Assembly (NCBI RefSeq): GCF_000143415.4
Contig: NW_003314339.1
Location: 179,751-243,750, forward strand
Direction of reading: 5' to 3'
Origin: Selaginella moellendorffii
Lineage: Eukaryota > Plantae > Lycopodiophyta
DNA: 64,000 bases
The notes below the pieces were generated by a model. That model was not told the DNA's origin, ran no database searches, and saw only the letters and a program-made list of their open reading frames with translations. Positions 34,363-45,300 of the stretch are shown here, piece after piece. Position 1 is the stretch's first letter. Each line of letters begins with the position of its first letter. Made by a program: the position numbers and the translations under genes.

Positions 34363-37300
34363 TGTAAGCGACTAAATTTTCCATTCTACTTTAATCACTT
34401 AACCACACATTTGACCACTTGGAGGAGTCTCACTCACAACCTCCGTAAGTCCTATTTTGGATTTAGGGACTTGCTAGCCCTAAGAATGGCATCCATGCCA
34501 CTCAACCATTGCACTTGGTCCAAGTGCTCCACGTGTCCAATCCCATGACTGACACCCCAAGGTACCACCAACATATCAGCCTGTTACGCTAAGGCCATGC
34601 CCATTCACCTTGGTCACATCGGTGGTCTGACACCACCTACATCACAGTCCCGTCTTTCAAAGACTGGGCCATCTGTCCATGAGTGATCATCCCAGATCCA
34701 CTCCTTAGCATCCTTAGGATGCCTATAAATATGGGGAATAGCCTTCCCCAATACCTCCTTTTCGGTCCTCACCAAGTCTCTTTTTGTCCATGGCTGTGTT
34801 CGCCAACACTGCCACTGGATCAAGGCCCACAGGCCCGACCACCAAGTCCCACGCTCCTCTGGGACTGCCTCACCGTGTGACTGTGTCCCTAGTCACCACC
34901 CTAGAGGGCTACTCCTCTTCCTTTCCACAGACTTGGCCTTTCGGACAATATTTCGGAACACCGTGGCCCTATGCGAGTCTCATGGGTACTCTCCCTACTT
35001 TCCACCTTTGGGTGCTCTAGCCATGGGCTTAGAGCGAGATTCCGTTAAGCCACGCCAAATATCCAAGTAGGTAGTGCCACCCACACTTGGACTGGGAGCA
35101 TCGACCATTCGATCTCCCGGGGGAACTAGAGCCAGCTCTTGAACACTTCACCAAGTTACAGCGCTTGTCAATCCATATTTACTCTAGTCTTGGACTTCCC
35201 AATGGTCAATTCATCATCCAACACCTAAGTATAGCCTTCTTGGGCTAAACTGGCCTTTCTTGGCCAAACTGGCTCCACTGGGCTCCAACCCCCATATTCT
35301 CTCTACTATACTTTTGGAACCCCCCATGCCCCCCCCCTTCCACTTCCACCCCCCCCCCAAGGGACGATCGCTTTGGGCTTTCACCCAACAACTTGTATTA
35401 GTATTCGGACTCGAATTCGGACTCGAACTTGGTCTTGGTCCCGGTTTCGGTCTCGGGTCCATCTCGAACTCCATCTTGGACTCCATCTTAGACTCCACTG
35501 TAAACTCGTGAACGGAAGCTGAGAGCCGCAGCTCTCCCGAGAGCCTCGCTCTCTTGACACCCTACCCCTTGGGTCGAGCCCAGCGGGAGCAAACTGGACC
35601 AGCCAGATGTCAATCAACATGTGGTGTGATTCCTTTAGCCAACCAACAGAGTCGGACCCGAGACCCCTCTGATACCAAATGTAAACTCCTGAATTTGGAC
35701 TTCCCGGGAGGTCACCCAACCCAGTACTATTCAAACCCAAGGACGCTTAACCCCAAGTATCCCAAGACCCTTAACCAATTGGAAAAGGGGGTGCACTCTT
35801 GTTCATGGGCCCTTTCCCTCTATATTTGAACCCCATGGATCGTCTCTCAAGTCGTTCCCTTTGGTTGCTTACATCCACCTTGGACTCTATCTTGGGTCCA
35901 TTTCGGGTCCTCTTGCGTCCCTTTTATAGAGACTCACTTATCACTCATTTCGTGCTTGTTCCTCGAGCCTTTCGTTGGGAGTTCCACTCCCGCTCTTGAC
36001 CTTTTAAGTCAAAGTTTTTGGTCCAAACGTGTTATGCTCGTTTGGCTTTCTCTTTGGCCATTACCACGTGGCACCCTTCCGGCTCCACTTTGGGGCCTAG
36101 GGATTTTGTGTTTCACAACTCCACCACTCATAAATGAAGTTCGATATCCTCATCGAACGATAAATTGTTTTATAAAGTAATACTAACATGTATTACCCTT
36201 TCCATTCTTGGCACCTCTCCAATATTCGTCAATGGTTTGATACCGAAGGCTTACCATGCCTTGCCCATCCTTCAAGGAGTATAGTCTCTCCAACTTAAAG
36301 ACTGATTATACCACTTGTGGTGGTTCTCTCCTTTTATTGGTTTAGTTTTCACTAAACCTGTTAGACCATTGTCTCTATCTCAACCCCACTACTCCTTCTT
36401 GAGTAATCTCAGTTTATATCGATATAACCTTTGCACCTTGGAACTTTTTACTTTTGATTTCTCAAAGTTAATTTTCTTGTCTCCAACACCTTGCATTGCA
36501 CATATTGTGCAACTCCACTTCCCCATCCTAGGAAGTTCTCTACTTGAGAGGGCACCATCATCTTCTTTTCTATTTTGTGCCACCTTAAGCACTAAGTTCC
36601 AATTATCATAATTTGTGCTAAGGCTGTCCATAACCCTATCATTTGGCTACCTCACCGCTCCCTCCTTTGGAGCTTCCACTTTTGCCAAATCGGAGCAATT
36701 AGGAATTCATCCTTAGAAACACATTGCTTTTCCCACAACTCGTTAGCACCCAACACATTAATGTTTTTGGTGTAATTTTGCCTTTTGGATTCTTTCCCAT
36801 GATTCCCATGACTCTTTCTTAGCCATTAGTCTTTTGCTCATATCCTTGATTGTTGCACCCAGCAACATCGGATCACTACCTCCATTCTCGAGGTATCATT
36901 TCGGTTCCATAGCAAAGACATTGCTTTGCCAAGTCCAGTGGGTTTTCACCCTTAGTACATCTCTTTAGCATTTTCTACTGTGGGCTCTATCCTTAGCCCA
37001 ACTTTGTGACCCTCCTATGGGTCTTTTATAAAGACTACTTTTTTCGGACTCACTATACCATCACATAGTCACAAATCATTTCCCTTAGGTGTTTTTCCCA
37101 CTTGGTCACCTTGACCAAACCACACCATCATCAATAGTTCAAACCAACACTTTGAACTAGGAACTTCATCCCTTAACCTCACAAGGACCTTGTCCTTGTT
37201 TTAGCCATAAGATCACTTAATGATCACACCTTGGCACTTTAACAAGTTTGCTAATAGGTATTAAGTCTTCCAAACCTTTAAGTTGTTCACTATAACCCTA

Positions 37301-39326
37301 GGGGCATCCCCCACACTTGGCGGTGCACCCAAGCCAGCCCTTCTGGCTAAGGGTCCATAACAATTGAGATTGGGTGTCCCCATCTCATTCACCACGTCTT
37401 TGGTGCCACTCGCACCAAAGTGTTCAAGTTAAATATGCCGAGCCACACTAAGCAATCTAACCGTGCATCACGACTCCAGGGCATCCCCTATTTGGCGGTG
37501 TGCCCAAGCCAGTCTTCTTACTTAGAGTCCATGACCACCGAAAAATGAGTGTCCTCATATTTCAAACCATCACCACGCCCTAGTGAATTAAGACTCAAAC
37601 CCAAGCACTAGAGGGTCGGGACTCAAACCCAACCTTTGTATATGTATCTACGGAAAGCATCATCCAAGATGCTTGGCATGACTCCCCATACCGGTGCACC
37701 AACTTATAATTAAAGCGCGTTACAGATCACAACTTAGGAACCTAGTTCCTTCGCACTGCCAAGTCCTCTCACTTGACAAGTCTGTGATCATGCATGGACT
37801 CCTCCATGCTTGGCTCAATGGGCCACCCCTTTCAAATTGGCTCCTTCAACTAAAGTATTTGTTCCCCCGACTTGCCAACCTTACTTAACAAGTCATCCGA
37901 CCACCATAATATGGTTCATGCATAAGCGTGAAAATCTTTAACTATTAACTTTTGTTCAAAGCCTTCTCTTTGAACACTCGGGAACTACTCCTCTAACCTT
38001 GATAGCCTCGCCTCTTAGCAAGCTTCAAGACCACGCTTCTGCTGCGCCAGTTTGATTTTGCACGCTTTATAAACCATTTACACTTGGATTTCTAGGTACT
38101 TATCTACCTAGGGGAACCTTCAAGGAACTTTGTTCCTTAGCTTGCTAAGGCCTTTCCTTTCGCAAGCTTTTCAATTGCCATATGGTCTAATATGAACAAT
38201 TCCATGCTTTAGACTCTCCATGGCATCACAGTTGCTAGTAACAACATGCTTGGGCACCCACTTGATTCTCCACTCCCAATTGGCATAACCACCCTTGGTT
38301 ATACAATTCGAGTTCTATGGTTTGGTTCTATCCTCTTACTATTTGCTTTTGGCCTCACACCTTTTCTTCGGTTATTCTCCTCCAGACTAGGAGGGTAGCT
38401 TTGCACTTTTTATTATGCCATAACAAATATTCTTAGGGATGAACCTACCTGATAGCATAGGGAGTGGTTCCTCAATCGGGGTATGATTAACTTATAATCC
38501 CATACACCGAGATTAACATTCCTATTTATGGGCTTTTATATGCCCATCATTAGCCTTGCCAAAATTCCATTTTGGCTTTGTCTAATTTAGGTAGATAGTC
38601 TTCTCTTGTCTCTACAACCTTGCACGTTTGAATAGCACTTTCTATCCATCATTCGCTAGGAACTTAGTCCCTTGGGCCTTATCTATTGCCCTTGCGACAC
38701 TAAACACCACCTCCTGGTGTTCTAAAGTGTTTGGGTGTCCTAATGATGGCTTCCTTGACAATGAGCATTTCCTTTTACGACATTGACTTACTATATCGCA
38801 ACATAAACAATTTATCCCCCGTAAGGATATATCTAACTTCCTTATGCCATTAAGCAGTCTTGGGTAGCTACCTTTTACCCGTTTAAGTAATTATTTTGCA
38901 CTTCTTGCTTAGTTGCTTTATAATTGTCAAATCCTACAACTCATTGCTAGTGCTTCCACACCTCTATTATTATCTGGGTTACCACACTCCAATCGCATGC
39001 CTTCCAACTTATGCTATGCCATTTCCATTCCCATTAGGATTCCTTTAGGAAGGGGTTCTCATGAACCCACCAACTTGACCTCAAGGTAACACGCCTTGGC
39101 ACATTCGGTGTCTTCACATCATCAGCTCTACAAGCCTACCTTTACGACACTCCCTACTTGTGTTGACGTCTTTGCCAAGACCAAAGTAGTCATTTCTCAT
39201 GCCAACTATCAGTTAGCACTGCACCATAGTGTTCACACACAACTCTATGCCAAAGTTGCTTTCTTTTGGGGAACACCTTTCCCACGATTTTAGTATGGCA
39301 CATTCTGCCATCGATGAGATACCCTA
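34363..39326 (-). mobile_element. Family B element: 3' LTR 34363-36117 plus internal region, 5'-truncated
   Basis: LTR TGTAAGCGAC...TTTCACA; PPT-like ACTCCACCAC at 36118; internal region is the reverse complement of 18.1-21.0 kb. Confidence 0.88.
35499..35873 (-). mobile_element. Cassandra-like TRIM carrying 5S rRNA promoter boxes
   Basis: TSD TCCAC (35494-98 and 35874-78); 5' LTR 35873-35680; 5S-like segment 35751-35697; PBS TGGTATCAGAG 35677-35667; PPT AAGGGGTAGGG 35570-35560; 61-bp terminal TG..CA unit 35559-35499. Confidence 0.85.
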
Positions 39327-42300
39327 TGTAGGAAGAAGAGGTGAGTAACTTTCGTTGCTTTCGTTGCTTTCCTCAAGTTTTTCTCACAGTCAATGCAAAC
39401 ACTGATCCATTGATGTATCTAGTAGGCTTTGTCTGCAGACACCAAATCCAAGTAATGATTGACACGGGAGCTACGCACATCATGATATCTGAAAACTTAG
39501 TTAAGTTGTTAGGATTGAATGCTGAGCAGATGTCGGCCATGCACTTCTAGTTTATGGAAGGTGGGCAAGTAGCTAGAAAATTTGTGAGTGATATTCCAAT
39601 AAAAATATCCAAGTGGAAAGAAAGAGTGGATTTAGTAGTGTTGAAGATACCAGATTTTCATATGGTGTTTGGTATGGATTTCTTCAACAAATATATTAAA
39701 GGGATTTATGGTGCTGGACAAAGTCATACCACATTGAAGTTAAAAGGACATCTTGATGTGTCCTTCCAGTTGCAAAAGCACTCCTAAAAGAATTGGGATG
39801 CTAAATTCCTGATTGCGAGGGCCGCTCAAAAAGCAGCTAAGAAGGGATGTCGAATCTTTTGGGTTCAAGTGATGGAAGCTGAGAATGTTGATAACAAAGT
39901 CAAACCGACTCAGGAATTGTGCCCACCTTGCTTGACCGACGGCTTAAAACTCGGGAAGTGGCAAAGTACTCAAGATTTTTGTGATCCATCTAGACTGTTG
40001 TTTGATGGCTCGCCCCCTCCAAGAAACAGTGCCACTCTCCAAAGGAATCCACGATAGCAAGGAGCTCCTTGTCGTGGATTTTGTAATTGATCTCCGCAGG
40101 CTGGAATTTCCGAGAATGGAAAGCGACCGGATGAAGTTCGTGATCCGCTCCGAGTTGAGACAGCACAGCACCAATGGCAAAGTCGGAGGCGTCAGCCTCG
40201 ATGAAGAAAGGTTGTGAGGAATCAGCATGGATCAAGACAGGAGCAGAACTGAAAGCCGCCTTGAGTGTGTCGAAGGCCTGCTGGGCAACAGCAGACCAAG
40301 AGAAGGGAACATCCTTGCGAGTGAGATGTGTGAGAGGAAGGACAATGTCAGAGTAGTGATCAATGAATTTGCGGTAGAAGTTGGCGAAGCCAAGGAAAAC
40401 CTGAACGTCCGACATTGATTGTGGAGATAGGAGGAGGCGTACGACTAAATGGAATGATGAGACGAGGATACGGTCCAGTGTAAGATGGAAGAGAGAAAAA
40501 AGAAGAGGGTGAAAACTTTATAGAGTCAGGAACAGAACCAGATTTGAGTTTAGAGAACTTTTCCTGATTCGGACTCAATGAACAGCAGGGGAAGCCGTGG
40601 GAGAGATGAGCTGTAATTCCTTCCAACAGATCTGAGGCTGATGTAGTTGGAACCAAGGAAGACCGAGCACCACAGAGGAGGACTTGCTGTTGATGATGTT
40701 GAAGGCGATATCGGTGACGGTGGACCCGATGTGTACTCGAACGGGCAACATTTCCCTAAGTCCAGAAGATGGAGACACAAAATGCCCGCCGATGCCTTCA
40801 ACCCTCAAATCCCGTATGGTAGGAGAAAGAGAAACGTGATGTCGGGCAGCAAAGTCCGTGTCCATGAAGTAGGAAGTTGCACCCGAGTCCAGTAACGCCA
40901 GAGCCTTGAGTCCTGATTGTCCGGTGAAAGAAAGGAGACATGGGACGCGGAAGTTGCGGGAATTGGTGGTGGCTTTGATGAAAGGTGGTGAGGAGCTTGA
41001 TAAAGAAGAAAAGTGATTTTTATTCGGGGAGTCCAAACAGACAGCTCTTACTCTGTTTGGACAGGGTCGTTTCCCGACTGCAATAGAGGTGGACTTTGAG
41101 GCAGAGTGAACTCGAGCAGTCGAGGAGGCTTCTTGGGACATACAGCTGCTTTGTGATTAGGATCAGCACAATAGAGGCAAAGATTATGAGATATTCGACG
41201 TTGCTTCTCAGCAGGACTCAACTTCCCTCTAATGAGTCAGGGAGTACCAGAAATATCCATCGGAACCGGAGCAGTAGGTTCAGGAGTATGCCCCGAAGAC
41301 TCAAGCTGGGATTCCTGAGTCTGGGATGGAAAAACAGCGGCGCGGCGACTTTCCTGACGACGTTCAAAGAGACGATTGTCACATCGAACAGCTTTGTTGA
41401 TGGCATCCGACAGGTCCTTGGGATCCTCCATGGTGAGCAACAAATCCTTGACACCGTTGTTGAGGCCGAAACGAAATTGGTCAATCAGGGCCCTCTCATC
41501 CCACTGAGTGTCCAAAGCAAGGAGTTGGAACTCTGCAGCGTAGATCGAGGCAGGACGAGACCCCTGAGAGAGACGTCTCATCTTTGTGGTAGCAGCCCGA
41601 ACCCGATCCGTCTCGCCAAAACATGCTTCGAGCTTCTCTTTGAACAATTGAAGATCCATCAGCTCTGGAATCACGACCCCTTTCATGCTCTTCTCCAGAA
41701 GAGGAGAAAACCATAACAAAGCTGCACCTTCGAGCAACGTCTTAATCGCGCCGATTTGAGACTCGGGAGTAGGGTACCGCCGATGTTGAAGTGCGAAGAT
41801 CAACTCCATCTGGTTCAAGAATCCGTGAAGCTCGGAACGCTTGCCTGAAAATTTCGCCGGGAAGCTCACCTTCAGTTCAGGAACTTTGCTGGATCCTTGA
41901 GCCGAAAGTGAAGCAAGCTCCTGCTGCATGCGAAGAAGGGTCGCCTTCAGCTCGGTATTCTCAGATTGGATTTTTGCAAGGACTTCAGCAAAGAAATCAG
42001 GATGGCTTGGAGACTCCATTGGCAAGAAGAAAGAAAAAAGGGGGAAAAAAGGCAAAGGTAATCAAACAATCAAAACGAAAATCAAAAAACAAAAAAACAC
42101 AATCTGAATCAAACTGTCAAGACCCCTGATAAGATCAAGACTGGAAAATGCAAAAAGACAAAGAGAAAAGCTAGTGGAAACAAAGAAAAGGCCTTAGACT
42201 GACGTTGATTCAGATTGTGGAGAAATGGAACAAGGCTAACCTATATATACTATAGGTTGATGAAGCTCCACCACTCTTGGATCGAGGACGGCCTAAATAT

Positions 42301-45300
42301 AGCTGAGGTCGAGGAGGCGCCACATCATCATCAGGAATGTGGCTCGAGACTCAGGAATCAGGGAGTGTCTCGAGAGTCAGGAATAGGGAAGTGTCTCGAG
42401 AGTCAGGAATAGGGAAGTGTCTCGAGAGTTAGGAATGTGGCAAGAATTGGGGGATTCCTGACAAGAGGTAGCGCTGGCTGCAAATCCTTCAGGAAGATAT
42501 CTTGATTCCCCGCCAACAACTCCAATATCTTCTTTGGTACGGGATCACGTCACCAATTCAAACTGAGTCACCAAGTACAGACCTGGAAAGTTTCAAGGCC
42601 TTCCTGATGCTCTTTCAAGGCGCTCCTATCTCAGTCTCAGGCCTGGTAATCCTACCTTCGATCAACAGGATCAAGTTATCCTCGGTCCTGATCGGCTTCA
42701 AGTTATGGCAATTTCCCTGGCCCCTCAGGACTCCTCCTTGATGGATGCAATCAGAAACGATCTTCAATCTGATGATCTCGCTAGCGACATCTTCCCCCAT
42801 CTTCAGGCTGGACACCCAGTGACTCCCGACTGCCGGCGATTTGACGAGTTCGAGTTCTTAGATGGCTTATTGTACCATGGGGAGCAGCTTTACGTTCCTG
42901 AAGGTGATGCTCGAAGGTTGGTCCTGATGGCGTGCCATGACAGCCCGACTGCTGGTTACTTCGGCATTGCGAAAACCTATGAGCTAGTTGCACGGGACTT
43001 TTGGTGGCCTCACATGGACGACTACATCAAAGCTTTTGCTACCTCCTGTGACACTTGTGCCCGGAATAAGGTACCTCGCCACCTTCCTTCAGGTTTGCTT
43101 CGTTCCCTTCCGGTCCCTTCAGGTCCTTGGGAATCCATCTCCATGGATTTCTTGAGTGATCTTCCGAGTTCTTGAGGCTTCAACAGCATTTTAGTCGTGG
43201 TGGATCGCTTCACAAAGATGGCGCACTTCTTGCCATGTACCAAGGAGTTTTCGGGCGAGGACATGGCAAAACTGGTATTCAGGGAAATTTTCCGACTTCA
43301 TGGGATTCCTACAGATGTGGTTTCGGATCGGGGGCCTTAGTTCATCTCTCATTTCTGGCAATGGTTTTTGCAGCTGCTTGGAGTGAAGGCCAACCTCTCT
43401 TCGGCATATCATCCTCAAACTGATGGGCAGTCCGAGCGAATGATTCAGACGTTGGAACAATTCTTGAGGTGCTTCATCAACTATCATCAGGATAACTGGT
43501 TCGATATCCTTCCCCTTGCTGAGTTCTCCTATAACAACTCTGTTCACTCCTCTCTTTGAGTTTCCCCCTTCTTTGTGAACTCTGGCCGAAATCCCCGATT
43601 CAATCTCTCACTTCCTTCTCCATCTGAATCCTCTCATTCAAATCCCCGCTCTGAGGCATTTATCTCCAACCTCCAGGAAATCCACAACTCCATCTCCTTC
43701 CACCTCCATCGTGCTCAGGAATCTCATAAAACATTTGCCAATGTCCATCGTCAGGATTGTCCCCCTTACAATATCGGGGATAAAGTCTGGCTCCTCAGGC
43801 GAAATATCTCCACCACCAGGCCCTGTCCAAAACTCGATTTCAAACGCCTTGGTCCTTTCCCTATCACTGCCATTATTAATCCTGTGACTTATCGCCTTGC
43901 ACTTCCCTCCTCATATCAAATTCACCCCGTTTTTCACTCCTCTCTCCTTGAGCCTTATATTCCCAGTCCTATTCCAAATTGGGTCATTCCTCCGCCTCCA
44001 CCAGTGCAGCTCGAGGATGGGTCTGAGTACGAGGTTCAGGACATCCTTGATTCCAAGATTTCACGGTTTAAACTCTACTATCTGGTGGACTGGAAGGGTT
44101 ACGGACCTGAGGAATGCACTTGGGAACCTGCGGACAACCTGATTCATTCTCCTGACCTTGTTCAGGACTTCCACCGCCGCTATCCTTTTCGTCCCAGTCC
44201 TCATTCTTTTTCTCCATCTCCCATCCCTCGCCGCTCATCTCATCCTCCTCTTCGTTCTCGTTCACATCCTCGTTCCACTCGTTCTTGAGGAGGGGGTGCT
44301 GTCAGGAATCCCCCAATTCTTGCCACATTCCTAACTCTCGCCGGATTCCTGACCTACAGACCACATTCCTGACTCTCGAGACACTTCCCTATTCCTAACT
44401 CTCGAGACACTTCCCAATTCCTGAGTCTCGAGCCACATTCCTGATGATGATGTGGCGCCTCCTCGACCTCAGCTATATTTAGGCCGTCCTCGATCCAAGA
44501 GTGTGGAGCTTCATCAACCTATAGTATATATAGGTTAGCCTTGTTCCATTTCTCCACAATCTGAATCAACGTCAGTCTAAGGCCTTTTCTTTGTTTCCAC
44601 TAGCTTTTCTCTTTGTCTTTTTGCATTTTCCAGTCTTGATCTTGTCAGGGGTCTTGACACCTCTTAACCGTGAGGTTAATCATCGGATTAAGGTTATTCT
44701 GGGTTCTAAACCACCTATGAAAGCTCCGTATCAATTGAACATCAAGGAGATGGCTGAACTCAAGAAGCAACTCATGGAGCTTCTTAACAAAGGTCATATC
44801 CGACGAAGCAAGTCACCTTATGGAGTGCTGGTCCTTTTTGTTATGAAAAAGGATGGAACCATGAGGATGTGTATTGACTATCGGGCACTCAACAAGTTCA
44901 CGGTCAAAAATAGTTATCCTTTGCCTCACATTGATGACTTGTTTGATCAACTGTTAAAGGCTAAGTATTTTACACGACTTAATTTGCGGTTCGGGTACCA
45001 TCAGATATGGGTGGCAGATCAGGATGTGGAAAAGACAACCTTTAAGACTTAGTATGGATCTTATGAGTTCCTTGTCATGCCATTTGGGTTATGCAATGCT
45101 CTAGCAACATTCAGCACTATGATGGATAGAATATTCAAAGATTATTTGAACATATTTGTTATCTTATATATTGACGATGTTCTAATTTTCATTGAAACAT
45201 CGAAGGATCATTTGAAACATTTGGAACGGTGGTTGGAAGATTTATTGTCCTATATATCGATAATATTCTAGTCTTTAGTGAAACATTGGAGGATCATTTG

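Noticed and set aside
35697-35751. Functional 5S rRNA gene
   Set aside because: Only the ~55-nt promoter-box part matches, and it is embedded in an LTR.
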